From a virus, in the IMG/VR virus record IMGVR_UViG_3300027852_000039, positions 11,761 through 75,760 of that record: a DNA stretch of 64,000 nucleotides; one strand, 5' to 3'. Below, one piece after another: positions 43,878-53,905 of the stretch. Numbering within the stretch: position 1 is the first letter of the stretch; every line of letters begins with the position of its first letter. The position numbers were made by a program, and so were the translations under genes. Below the pieces are notes generated by a model that worked only from the letters and a program-made list of their open reading frames with translations, did not search any database and was not told the origin of the DNA.

Positions 43878-46800
43878 TACGGAAGAGATCTCTTTTCATA
43901 CTGCTTCTGATCCTCTCGTTCGTCTCGTCTGCGATCGCCGGGGACAAGATCTTCGACGAAGGGATCCGGATCGGAACATCGGACGAAACCAAGGACGGGA
44001 CGGTCCGATACAACGGATCGAACTTCCAGGGATACAAGTCCGGATGGACGAACCTGGACGACACGGTCGCGGGTGGCGGCGCTCCCTCGGACTCCCTGTA
44101 TCTGACGCTCGGGTACGACGCGGATCTCAGCGGGGAGCGTCTGTTCACACCGGGGACCGGACTCTCCGCGACAGACGCGGGAGCGAACTCAACGTACACT
44201 CTCGACGTCACATTGTCCCCATTTTCGACGACAAATCTTTCGGAGGGGTCAAACCTTTACTTTACGGATGAACGCACGGATGACCGCGTCTCGTCGCTCA
44301 TACAGAACGGAACGGGGTTGACCTGGACGTACGTCGACGCTTCGAACACCTTAACCGGAAACGTCGCGCTTGTCGCGGGAGAAGGGATCGATGTCTCCGG
44401 AGTCACGATCTCCGGGGAAGACGCAAGCGACACGAACAAGGGGATCGCGACCTTTGATTCCTATTGGTTCAAGGTGACGACTGGGGATGTCTCCGCGTCC
44501 GACGATGTCGCGTTATCGTACGATACGCTTGACGGGATGGCTTTCGATAAACCCGATATGACGATCGTCGACGATGTTGGATTGAAGCTCGATATCGAGA
44601 AAGTCGGGGGAGGGGACATGAAGTTCCTCGTCGACGGAGTCATCTCGACTTTGGATTGTACGACGGGGAGCGGAGCGGGAGGGAAGGCGCGCGTATCGTT
44701 GACCGCAGGATCGGACGCTAATACTCCCGCGACGAATTACATTTACATCACGGGCTCGGGAGGGACCGCGACCTTGTCCGCGTCGACGTCTCTTCCGACT
44801 GGAGCGTTTGCGTGGATAGGAAAGATCATCGTTCCGGATGCGACGACCTGGACGTCGACCGGAGCATACGGATTCCAAAGATATACAGAAGCATTTCAGA
44901 ACGATACGCGGGGACTTCTATCCCACGAGCGAGAGAAGCTTCGAGCGTTTGGAGCAGTCTATATTAGCGGAGTGTCTCAGAGTCTCGCGATAACGACGAA
45001 CGTCGGAACTCCGGACAACGTACATCTCGTGACCGGATCGGGGTCGGTATATCAACTACATCGACAGGCGTTTCCCGCCTTCTCGACCGGACCGTATTAC
45101 TACGGGAACGGGTCCAATATCTACGAAGAGATCTCTGATCTGAACGAGCTTCTGACAGATGCGGACGGGGGGTCGATGTCCGGGAAGAAGTTCAACCTTG
45201 TCGTATGGGGAGCGGTCAATGTCTCTTCAGGAGAGTGCAAACTGTTTGTAAACCTCCCGAACGATTCGTACGTCCGGAACTCGCAAGCGATCTCGGACGT
45301 CGACAACACTTCGGACTACACGGTTCCCGACGATATGCGATCAGTCGCGTTCATGATCTCCCGGATCGCGCTCGCGCATACGACGACGAGCGGGGGAACC
45401 TGGGTGGAACTCGGGACGTATTCCCTTCTTGGATCTCCATACGGAGCTAGGAGCGGAGGAGCGGGAGCGGTCGCGTCAAATGAGTTCGACGACTCGCAGT
45501 TCAGGATCTATGACGACGCGGACAATACGAAACTGATTGCGTTTCAAGCGAGCGGAATCACGACCGCGACGACGCGAACGCTCACGGCTCAGGACTCTGA
45601 CGGAACGATCGCGTATCTGACGGACATCCCGACAGACATCTCGGGAGAACCTTTCTATACAGTTTCCCTTTCGGGAAATCTTTCAAATGAAACGATCTTA
45701 TCAGCCGGTGAAGGAATCGATCTTGCGACGGGTGCTATCTCGGGAGAAGATGCAAGTTCATCCAACAAAGGGATCTTGTCTATTTCCGACACAGGAAACT
45801 TCACGATCACAACGGGGGATATGGTTGCCAATCTTGCGAATGGTTCGACCTATTCAAACTTTGGTGTGGTGGGGGATGACACGTTTGATGAACTGTTTGC
45901 TGCAATAGATACGGCTTGGCCTTCGGCAACATCACCTGCTGGAAACGATGGAAATGTCCAATATAACAACGGTGGGGTGTTTGGAGGAGAGGATGAATTT
46001 TTTTGGAATGATACTAATAAGTCTCTTTCTCTTGGTACTTCTTCAAATCCCACTTCTAGTGTAAGACTTCTTGTTCAAGAAGATGATGGAACGAATGCCG
46101 CTATTCGTGTAACGACATATTCTAGTTCAGAGGAAGCTTACGGTGGGTTACAACTTAGTCACGCACGTGGAACACCAACAATTCCATCTGCCGTTCTCGA
46201 TCAAGATCACCTTGGTATTTTAGGATTTCTTGGTCACAATGGGACCGGCATGCTACCCGGACCTCAGATTGTTGGTGCTGCAACAGAAGATTGGAGTGTT
46301 GGCAATCAGGGCTCGGGCATACTTTTGAAAACCATGATTAATAATTCAACAACTGCGAATGCAGCCCAATGGATCGACCACGATGGCAATGTTCATATAG
46401 GTAATAATATTGATAGAACAACTAATCCTATTATTCGCCTTGAAGTATCAGAAGATGCAGCCCAAGCTCGGCAATTAATAATTGCTTATGCAGACACAGC
46501 AACATATCAATCAGGGGTTCTTGCTTTGGCACGGGGACGAGGTACAAGAGCTTCTCCAGAAGCAATTGACCTGGATGATAGTCTTGGATATTTGTTGTTT
46601 CAGGGACATGACGGGTCTGCAATCGGGCCTGGAGCTTTCTTTTATGCTGCTGCTACAGAAAACTGGTCTGGAAGTGGTCACGGTGCAAAATTAATTTTAA
46701 GGATGGTTGCAAATACTTCTACTACACCTGCTGATGCGATAATTATTGAAAACGATGGAGCGGCACAGTTACTTGGTCAAGACGCGAACGCAGTGTCGTA

Positions 46801-46891
46801 TTCCGTCGCTGGGTCAGGCCTGTGTCGAGAGCTTGCAGTCGACGAGAACGGAAATCTTATTGTCGGAAGCTCGGACGTAGCATGTCCGTGA
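43874..46891 (+). CDS. large fibre/adhesin-like virion protein with signal-peptide-like N-terminus
   Basis: STTNLSEGSNLYFTDER, TATTRTLT..D.DGT, GNVQYNNGGVFGG fibre motifs; internal repeats. Confidence 0.8.
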   Translation: MIRKRSLFILLLILSFVSSAIAGDKIFDEGIRIGTSDETKDGTVRYNGSNFQGYKSGWTNLDDTVAGGGAPSDSLYLTLGYDADLSGERLFTPGTGLSATDAGANSTYTLDVTLSPFSTTNLSEGSNLYFTDERTDDRVSSLIQNGTGLTWTYVDASNTLTGNVALVAGEGIDVSGVTISGEDASDTNKGIATFDSYWFKVTTGDVSASDDVALSYDTLDGMAFDKPDMTIVDDVGLKLDIEKVGGGDMKFLVDGVISTLDCTTGSGAGGKARVSLTAGSDANTPATNYIYITGSGGTATLSASTSLPTGAFAWIGKIIVPDATTWTSTGAYGFQRYTEAFQNDTRGLLSHEREKLRAFGAVYISGVSQSLAITTNVGTPDNVHLVTGSGSVYQLHRQAFPAFSTGPYYYGNGSNIYEEISDLNELLTDADGGSMSGKKFNLVVWGAVNVSSGECKLFVNLPNDSYVRNSQAISDVDNTSDYTVPDDMRSVAFMISRIALAHTTTSGGTWVELGTYSLLGSPYGARSGGAGAVASNEFDDSQFRIYDDADNTKLIAFQASGITTATTRTLTAQDSDGTIAYLTDIPTDISGEPFYTVSLSGNLSNETILSAGEGIDLATGAISGEDASSSNKGILSISDTGNFTITTGDMVANLANGSTYSNFGVVGDDTFDELFAAIDTAWPSATSPAGNDGNVQYNNGGVFGGEDEFFWNDTNKSLSLGTSSNPTSSVRLLVQEDDGTNAAIRVTTYSSSEEAYGGLQLSHARGTPTIPSAVLDQDHLGILGFLGHNGTGMLPGPQIVGAATEDWSVGNQGSGILLKTMINNSTTANAAQWIDHDGNVHIGNNIDRTTNPIIRLEVSEDAAQARQLIIAYADTATYQSGVLALARGRGTRASPEAIDLDDSLGYLLFQGHDGSAIGPGAFFYAAATENWSGSGHGAKLILRMVANTSTTPADAIIIENDGAAQLLGQDANAVSYSVAGSGLCRELAVDENGNLIVGSSDVACP

Positions 46892-46977
46892 ACCTTGTCC
46901 GATCTTTGCGCGGAGGGTTCGTGTTAGGACTGGAGGATTACAAAGGACCGAAGAGTCCGAAGAAAGGAGAGAGGGGA

Positions 46978-47304
46978 ATGAAAGCATCAACGAGACAATG
47001 GATCTTCCTCGCGATCATGGCAACGATGTTGATTTCGACGACGTGCATCGCCGGGGACAAACCGGACCAGGAGCAAACGGTCGAACAGAAGGATCCGCGC
47101 GACTTTCTTCAACCATTCGATCAGTTGAACATGAAACGATCGAACATCCTCGCTCAGATCCTCGTGAAAGAGAAAGAGATCGAAGTGCTCGAAGAACGTC
47201 TGAAGGTGAACGAGACGCGGATCCGCGTACGACAGGAAGAAGAGAGAAACATCCGACAGTATGAGGAAGAACTCCGGAGACAGGAAGAGGTCGAGAGTGA
47301 ATGA
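46978..47304 (+). CDS. signal-peptide coiled-coil protein
   Basis: MKASTRQWIFLAIMATMLISTTCIA-GDK then a coiled coil. Confidence 0.7.
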   Translation: MKASTRQWIFLAIMATMLISTTCIAGDKPDQEQTVEQKDPRDFLQPFDQLNMKRSNILAQILVKEKEIEVLEERLKVNETRIRVRQEEERNIRQYEEELRRQEEVESE

Positions 47305-48086
47305 AGTTCGCGATCAAAGACTTTCCTGTTTACGATTACTTCCCGGTCGTCGACTCGGAACTCGCGCAACGGGTCGACGGCCTGACGACGGGACTGTTTC
47401 AGACATCCCTGTACGATCCGGACGGAGAGACAAGCGGACAATCCGTGACGCTCTCCGTCCTTCCGAACGGACTGTTCGCGGTCGAGTTCACTCCGAACGA
47501 GGAGGGGACATGGATTCTCAACGTCGATCATCCGACGTATTTCCCTTACGGAAAGAGCGAAGCGTATCACGCTTTGGAGACGCTCTCGGGAGCTTTCGTT
47601 TCTACGGGATCGACCTTTTACGACGGGGTTCAGATAGTGGATCTCGTCGACGGGGAGAGGATCGGAGGACTGGCGTCGAGCGACTTGACGATCACGTTGT
47701 ACGAACCGGACGGAACGACGTCCTCGCTTCCGGTACATTTCGAGGAGATCCCAAACAAGATCTATCGAGCGGGGTTCAATCCGGACGAAGACGGACGATG
47801 GATCCTGAACGTTGACAGCGCGACGTATTTTCCGTTCGGCAAGAGCGCGGGATACGAAGCGGGGACGCACAGCGCAAGCGGACAGACTCAGATCGTCACG
47901 GTCGGATCGACAGTGTACGTCCTCGATCGACAGATCAATGCGTCGGTCAAGAAGAAAGACGTGACGGCGTCCAGGACGGGAACGGAATCGATCGTCGTGA
48001 ATAAGAGGTTGACAACCGTTGTCGATTTAACATCCAGGGAAGTAACGATCTCGACCACGAAGCGACAGATAACGATCTCTCAATAA
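47301..48086 (+). CDS. virion protein with two tandem Ig-like repeats
   Basis: LY(D/E)PDG...F.P.E.G.WILNVD..TYFP(Y/F)GKS present twice. Confidence 0.75.
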   Translation: MKFAIKDFPVYDYFPVVDSELAQRVDGLTTGLFQTSLYDPDGETSGQSVTLSVLPNGLFAVEFTPNEEGTWILNVDHPTYFPYGKSEAYHALETLSGAFVSTGSTFYDGVQIVDLVDGERIGGLASSDLTITLYEPDGTTSSLPVHFEEIPNKIYRAGFNPDEDGRWILNVDSATYFPFGKSAGYEAGTHSASGQTQIVTVGSTVYVLDRQINASVKKKDVTASRTGTESIVVNKRLTTVVDLTSREVTISTTKRQITISQ

Positions 48087-48099
48087 CGGGGGCATAGAG

Positions 48100-48435
48100 A
48101 TGGCACTCAACGACACTCCTTTCGATTTTTACATGGGGGATTCGGACAGCGTCACGTTCAGGTTGAGGGAGGACGGCGCGAACAAGAACATGGATGGATT
48201 GACGGCGCGCTTTGTCGGGAAGACTGCGTTTGCCGATGCTGCGACGGAATACGTATTCGATATCGAATGTACGAATCTCGGAGAAGGAAGGGTGCGCGCG
48301 AGCTACACAGGGGACGACATGTCGGAAGAAGTGAAGGCGGGAGTCTGCGAGGTCGTCGTCATCAATGTCGATGGATCACACAAGACTTTCGATCAATGGG
48401 GATTCATTATCAACCCGGACGTATACAGGGGATAA
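48100..48435 (+). CDS. BppU-like adaptor domain protein
   Basis: YMGDSDSVTF.L..DG...M.G.TARF...G.V...T..D. Confidence 0.55.
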   Translation: MALNDTPFDFYMGDSDSVTFRLREDGANKNMDGLTARFVGKTAFADAATEYVFDIECTNLGEGRVRASYTGDDMSEEVKAGVCEVVVINVDGSHKTFDQWGFIINPDVYRG

Positions 48436-48439
48436 GACC

Positions 48440-49012
48440 ATGTCTTCTCTTTGCACTCTCGACGATATTCGAATGGTGATTGACGTCGCTGACGGAGACA
48501 CGAGGGACAACAGACTCCTCGAACGATTGATCGTGTTCACGTCCGGGGTCTTCTCAAAGCTGACGAGAAGGATCTACGACGAGCGCATTCATACCGAATA
48601 CTTCAACACGACTCACGGACAGAAGAAGCTCCTTCTGAAGCAATATCCCGTCACGTCCTGGAGCGGGTTGACCAGGGTCGAGGACAACGAAGCGTATGCG
48701 TCCTCAGAGTTTCAGGTCAACACGAGCGCGGGAATTGTGATGTTGCTCGACGACACGTTCCCCGTGGGAGATCGCGAGATCGTCTTCACGTACGTCGCGG
48801 GATATACGACGTCGAACGTTCCGGACGAGATCGCGGCGGCGGTTGCAATTCAGACCGTTTCCTTTTTCAACAGCGTCAAGGAGCGTGGGTTCGAGACAGA
48901 GAAGCTCGACGCACATTCGTACAAGGCGCTCGGGGATCTCGAACCCGAATTCAAACTCGCGATCGCGGACAACATGAAGATGGGACACGCGAGCGGGTTC
49001 AACTCTCAATAA
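48440..49012 (+). CDS. head-tail connector (adaptor) protein
   Basis: LCTLDDI...D.LLERLI, L.L.QYPV, TYVAGY...VPDEI. Confidence 0.85.
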   Translation: MSSLCTLDDIRMVIDVADGDTRDNRLLERLIVFTSGVFSKLTRRIYDERIHTEYFNTTHGQKKLLLKQYPVTSWSGLTRVEDNEAYASSEFQVNTSAGIVMLLDDTFPVGDREIVFTYVAGYTTSNVPDEIAAAVAIQTVSFFNSVKERGFETEKLDAHSYKALGDLEPEFKLAIADNMKMGHASGFNSQ

Positions 49013-49050
49013 GACTCCGACGAAGGAGCGAACGAGAGAAAGGAACGATC

Positions 49051-49788
49051 ATGGATAATCGAACGGTGTCAGTCGTGACGTGTCTTTGGAACAACATGGA
49101 ATATTGGGATCTCTTCTATTCCTCGCTGAAGAGACTGTCCGCGAGGATCGATGAGCTTATCGTCGTGGACAACGGGTCGGAAGACGACACGGCGAGGATC
49201 CTCGAACAATGTCCGGACGTCACGTTCGTACGACTGGAGGAAAACCTCTTTGAAGGCGGCGGGGTTCGGTGTGCGATGAAGAAGGCGACCGGAGATCTCG
49301 TCTTCAAGTGCGACCCGGACATCGAGTTCACGAGCAACGAATGGCAAGAACAAATGATCGAGATGTTGGACAAGGGCGAGGAGATCGGCGGCGTGGTCTG
49401 TGAGCCTTATTTCTGGCATCGATGCAAGCATAACGAGTATCAGGAAGCGAGCGTCCTGATCGGGACTCTGTTCCTCCTGGAGAGGAAGGTTCTTGATGCG
49501 TGCGGGTATTGGGACGCGGCGCTCAAGTATGGGACGAACGAGTTCGATTACGCGGTGCGGATGCGGCGTGAGGGGTTCCGGATCGCGATCGCGGACTTCA
49601 TCCCGATCAATCATTTTGTAAACCATGCAAGACTCCGAGAGATCGGAACATTCGATGTCGGTCCTCTTATTCAAGAGTCCTGGAGGGCGCTCTTCGAGAA
49701 GCTCGGGACAATGGAGTATTGGGAGATCGACGTGAACACGAGGTTCAACGGGGAATGGGACAGAGCTTCCAAACCTCCGGAGGTCTGA
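49051..49788 (+). CDS. glycosyltransferase family 2
   Basis: ELIVVDNGSEDDT, ATGD..F.CDPD, E.DY..R. Confidence 0.9.
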   Translation: MDNRTVSVVTCLWNNMEYWDLFYSSLKRLSARIDELIVVDNGSEDDTARILEQCPDVTFVRLEENLFEGGGVRCAMKKATGDLVFKCDPDIEFTSNEWQEQMIEMLDKGEEIGGVVCEPYFWHRCKHNEYQEASVLIGTLFLLERKVLDACGYWDAALKYGTNEFDYAVRMRREGFRIAIADFIPINHFVNHARLREIGTFDVGPLIQESWRALFEKLGTMEYWEIDVNTRFNGEWDRASKPPEV

Positions 49789-49792
49789 GAAC

Positions 49793-50251
49793 ATGAGAGC
49801 GGATTCAATCGTACTTCACCATAGTTTGACGCGAGACGGAAAGACGGTGTCGTGGGGTCCGATCCGGAAATGGCACACGGGACTACATCCCGAGAGTCCA
49901 TACGTCAACGACCCGATGATCGATATCGGGTATCACGCGGGGATCGAATTGATTGGAGACAGACACGAGATCCTCGTCGGAAGAATGTTCGACGAAGACG
50001 GTGCTCACTGTAGACAACAGGGAATGAATAGGCGATCACTCGGGGTTCTCTTGATCGGGAACTTCGACCTTGCTCCTCCTCCTATAGACATGTGGACGCT
50101 TGCGATCAGGTTCGTTCGATCTATGTGTGATGTTCTGTACATCCCGAGGAATCGGGTATACGGACATCGCGAATTCACTTCCTACAAGACGTGTCCCGGA
50201 AGATTGTTCGATCTCGATAGATTCAGATCTGATCTTCTCAACGCAGCATGA
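49793..50251 (+). CDS. N-acetylmuramoyl-L-alanine amidase (endolysin)
   Basis: IVLHHS, DIGYH, GAHC, LIGNFD, GHRE, KTCPG. Confidence 0.93.
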   Translation: MRADSIVLHHSLTRDGKTVSWGPIRKWHTGLHPESPYVNDPMIDIGYHAGIELIGDRHEILVGRMFDEDGAHCRQQGMNRRSLGVLLIGNFDLAPPPIDMWTLAIRFVRSMCDVLYIPRNRVYGHREFTSYKTCPGRLFDLDRFRSDLLNAA

Positions 50252-50278
50252 AAACACATTCGCAAGGAGGACCGTACT

Positions 50279-50734
50279 ATGTGGGAAGGCGTATTCAAAG
50301 CTGTTGCTGGATACCTCGGACCGGGGATTGCGCTGATTCTTTTTGGGGTCGTGATCGGAATAGTCTATATGCAGCGGCGCTGCAAGGCGACACAAGAATG
50401 GTGTCAAGCGGTTAGGGAGAGGAACAAGGAGGAGGTCATGTCGAAAATCGGAGAAGCGAAAAACGGAGCGAAACAGGAGATCGACGCGCACTATCCCGCA
50501 TGTCCGAACACCGGAATCCTGACCGAGCTAAGAACCAAGGTTGACGGAGAGATCGAACGCATTCATCACAGAATCACGGATGCGGAGGAACATGCGAGAG
50601 AGATCAAAGGCGACGTAAAAAGAGAGCTTGAAAGCACGAGAGGACAGATCAACACAGCGCTTACCGAGCAACAAAGATTCCTGAACGATCTCGCGCTGAA
50701 GCTTATGAATGGGGAAAGCAAAGGGAAGGGATGA
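50279..50734 (+). CDS. membrane protein with coiled coil (possible holin/lysis accessory)
   Basis: N-terminal TM; adjacent to endolysin. Confidence 0.5.
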   Translation: MWEGVFKAVAGYLGPGIALILFGVVIGIVYMQRRCKATQEWCQAVRERNKEEVMSKIGEAKNGAKQEIDAHYPACPNTGILTELRTKVDGEIERIHHRITDAEEHAREIKGDVKRELESTRGQINTALTEQQRFLNDLALKLMNGESKGKG

Positions 50735-50791
50735 TCCCGCTCCCTTATCGAACAAGAATACGCTTCGACGCGTGAGAAAGGCGAGAAGACG

Positions 50792-51415
50792 ATGAAGCAT
50801 CGTTTACTCACTGACCGAGCTATTCTCAGGCGATCGTCGAACATTCTTCTCGATTCGGTCGATGGCAATACGACGGCGACGTTGACTCTCGATTTGGAGA
50901 TGCCCGATCCCGCTTATCTCCTGATCGAAGCGGACGACGGGGGGTCCGGATTCATCACCGGGGTCGTGAGCGGCGTCACGATGACGGAAGCGCTGACGGA
51001 AGCGCTGACAATCCCCTCGGACGGGATCCTGAAGTCGGAGAACGAGTTCGCATCCGTTGTAGGGATGACGTTCTCGAATATCGCGGGAGAGATCTCGATC
51101 CGAGCGGTCGAACGACAGGGTCAACCGAAGATGTTTTACGAAGACGTTTGCGGAATTGTTCCGTGTCGAGTGTTCGACAAGAGTTCGGTGATCGTCCCGT
51201 CTGGCCGTGGAGAGACCAGGGAGGATCAGAACAAGGTCTATGTCGATTGGGATCATGACCGATATCGACTTTACAACAGAGATGTCTTGTACGTCTATGA
51301 TCCGAAGACGCCGTCAATTCCGGGTATCACGATTGCTCTGAAGGGGGTCCGGGTGCAACGAGGGAAGAGAGGAAGACCGAGCTTCTATTCGGCGCGAGGA
51401 ATACAGATCAACTAG
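50792..51415 (+). CDS. head-closure-like virion protein
   Basis: LLTDRAILRR...VPCRV...RD.L pattern with an inserted domain. Confidence 0.5.
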   Translation: MKHRLLTDRAILRRSSNILLDSVDGNTTATLTLDLEMPDPAYLLIEADDGGSGFITGVVSGVTMTEALTEALTIPSDGILKSENEFASVVGMTFSNIAGEISIRAVERQGQPKMFYEDVCGIVPCRVFDKSSVIVPSGRGETREDQNKVYVDWDHDRYRLYNRDVLYVYDPKTPSIPGITIALKGVRVQRGKRGRPSFYSARGIQIN

Positions 51416-51428
51416 GAAAGGAACATCG

Positions 51429-52406
51429 ATGAAAACATTCGCGCTCGTCATTGCAACGATCAGGGACGTCGGGTTCCTCGGGGAGTGGGACAGACATCTC
51501 GGAGGAGATACGACTGTGTACATCGTCGAAGATCGGGAGGAGAAGACCGTACAAATCCCGGAGGTTCGACAGAAAGTCGTTCATCTCTGTCACGAGGATA
51601 TCGACAGGGATCTCGGAAAGGATTCATGGATCATCCCGAGGAAGACGAGCGGGATCAAGTCGTACGGAATTCTGAAAGCATGGAGGGACGGACATGAAGG
51701 GATCGCGATTCTTGACGACGACTGCTTTCCTTCCGAAAGTTCTCCGCATTGGGAAACCGATCACAAACGAATCCTCAACTCGTACGCCGTCGTCGGACAA
51801 GGCGTCTTCAATACGGTCTTCGGATTCTATCCTCGCGGGTATCCGTTCGGACCAAGGGAAAGGGAATCGAAAATAGTGTTGAGCGTGGGAGGATGGGAAC
51901 AATACCCGGACATCGACGCGAAGACCGAACTCACAAAGGGAGTGCCGGGAATATGGTGGATGACAGACGCGATCGTTCCGTACGGACAATACTTCCCGCT
52001 GTGCGGAATGAACATCGCGTTCAGGCGAGAGATCGCTCCCTTGATGTACTTCGGACTTCAGGGGAAGGGATATGAGTTCGATCGATACGATGATATTTGG
52101 ATGGGAATCTTCGCGAAAGCGGTGATCGATGGGATGGGACAAGCGATCCACGTCGGACGACCGATCGTCAGACATTCGCGCGCAAGCGACCCGAGAGAGA
52201 ACCTGAAGAAAGAGACGGCGGGATATCCGGTCACGGAAAGGATGGTCGAGGAGAACTTCTTCCGTCCGCTCCCTTGTCGATCCTGGACCGAGGGAATGTT
52301 CCGCGTCTCGATGAGAACGAACGCGCTTCACGACGAGACGGGATACTTCGAGAAGCTCGGTCGAGCGATGCGGATTTGGAACGAACAGTTCATTGAAAGG
52401 GTTTGA
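51429..52406 (+). CDS. RGP / GT75 family protein (UDP-arabinopyranose mutase-like)
   Basis: ILDDDC, PRGYPF, PDIDA.T.L, LCGMNIAF.RE, MYFGL.G, RYDDIW.G, HSRAS.P..NLKKE match reversibly glycosylated polypeptide motifs. Confidence 0.88.
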   Translation: MKTFALVIATIRDVGFLGEWDRHLGGDTTVYIVEDREEKTVQIPEVRQKVVHLCHEDIDRDLGKDSWIIPRKTSGIKSYGILKAWRDGHEGIAILDDDCFPSESSPHWETDHKRILNSYAVVGQGVFNTVFGFYPRGYPFGPRERESKIVLSVGGWEQYPDIDAKTELTKGVPGIWWMTDAIVPYGQYFPLCGMNIAFRREIAPLMYFGLQGKGYEFDRYDDIWMGIFAKAVIDGMGQAIHVGRPIVRHSRASDPRENLKKETAGYPVTERMVEENFFRPLPCRSWTEGMFRVSMRTNALHDETGYFEKLGRAMRIWNEQFIERV

Positions 52407-53118
52407 TGGGATGGGCGATCGAGCGTGGTGGAAAGCGAAGCTTCATCAAGGAGGGAGTCCTTTCGAGAACGTCGAAGGAGAAGCGCCTCCGGACTATTGG
52501 AACATCTTCGGAGGATGGAACTCCGTCTTCAAGGAGATCGTCCGGAAGGAACAGCCGAGAGAGATCATCGAGGTCGGGTCGTGGTTGGGAAGAAGTGCGA
52601 TCGAGATGTCTTCACAACAAAAGGCGCTCGGGATCCCGGACGCCGTTACGGTCTGCGTGGATACCTGGACGGGTTATCCGCAATGGCGAGAGTGGAAAGA
52701 CGCTCCGGAACCGTGGAAGTCGTACCTGTTCAGGTCGTTGCGTCTGAAGAACGGGTTCTCGCAAATGTACGAGACGTTCGCGAGAGCGGTCGTTCATCAC
52801 GGGATACAAGACATCGTCGTTCCGTTTCCCGCGACATCGGTGCAAGCGTGGGAATGGATGAAAGTGGAGAAGGTCTGTCCGGATCTCGTTTACATTGACG
52901 GGGATCATTCGGAGCTTCAGACCTATCAAGACATAACGAACTTCTTCGAGCTTGTGCGTCCTGGAGGATTGCTCGTGGGGGACGATTACGAGGATCCGAC
53001 GTGGGCGGGAGTGACGAACGCGGTCAATCGATTCAAGAGTGAGCGCGGTCTTCCGGTTGAGTTCTTCCAGGACGACAATCGGAAGTACCGTCGATACTGG
53101 ATGCTCCGCAAACCGTAA
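52393..53118 (+). CDS. class I SAM-dependent methyltransferase (Methyltransf_24-like)
   Basis: IEVGSWLGRSA, VDTW.G, DLVYIDGDH, PGGLLVGDDY. Confidence 0.9.
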   Translation: MKGFDGMGDRAWWKAKLHQGGSPFENVEGEAPPDYWNIFGGWNSVFKEIVRKEQPREIIEVGSWLGRSAIEMSSQQKALGIPDAVTVCVDTWTGYPQWREWKDAPEPWKSYLFRSLRLKNGFSQMYETFARAVVHHGIQDIVVPFPATSVQAWEWMKVEKVCPDLVYIDGDHSELQTYQDITNFFELVRPGGLLVGDDYEDPTWAGVTNAVNRFKSERGLPVEFFQDDNRKYRRYWMLRKP

Positions 53119-53155
53119 CGAGGACCGAAGAGTCCACAACGGAAAAGAGGGGAAG

Positions 53156-53905
53156 ATGAAAGATCCGATGAGGGTACAAACCGGAATGGTCATGACGACC
53201 TACTCCACGGATGGACATCGGCGGGATCTCGCGATCTCTTCGATCCGGTCGCTCCTGGAGAACACGAACATGTCTGACAAGTTCTTGATGATCGTGGACG
53301 ACGCTTCAACGGACGGACTCAGGGATCTTCTTCAACAGGAGTTCGGGAACGAGGAGAGCATTGCATTCATTATGCGGGTCGAGAACTGCGGGGTTGGAGC
53401 AAACAAGGCGGTCGGGTGCGAGACACTCTTCCGGATGTTCCCGAACATGAGACTCCTGTACATCTGTGACGACGATCTGATCTATCAATCCGGATGGTTC
53501 GAGATGTCTCTCGCAATGATCGAATATCTAAAGGAGACGGGAGAAGAGGTCGGAATGTTCGGGCTTTGGAGACATCGGGCGCACGAGGTTGTCGAAGCGA
53601 TTCCGTTCGAACTCGACCCGAGATATTCGCTTCTCCGGGTCCAGGATCTTCCGGGATGCTGTGTCTTCATGGATCCGGAGGTCTACAAGAACGCGGGAGG
53701 ATGGAGTCCGGGTCGACCCGAGGACAAGCGCGGGGACGACGTCGAGACAACGAGAGCGATTCAACGTCTCAGACTGAACCTGTTCGCGTGTACTCCTCCG
53801 CTCGTTCTTCACGAAGGACACGTCTACGCGGACGGGAAAGAGGTTTGCTTCCACGATCAACAGAACCAAGAGAACAACGAATGGATTCGGATCAATGATC
53901 GATGA
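53156..53905 (+). CDS. glycosyltransferase family 2
   Basis: IVDDASTDG, N.GV, ICDDD, DD.E. Confidence 0.85.
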   Translation: MKDPMRVQTGMVMTTYSTDGHRRDLAISSIRSLLENTNMSDKFLMIVDDASTDGLRDLLQQEFGNEESIAFIMRVENCGVGANKAVGCETLFRMFPNMRLLYICDDDLIYQSGWFEMSLAMIEYLKETGEEVGMFGLWRHRAHEVVEAIPFELDPRYSLLRVQDLPGCCVFMDPEVYKNAGGWSPGRPEDKRGDDVETTRAIQRLRLNLFACTPPLVLHEGHVYADGKEVCFHDQQNQENNEWIRINDR

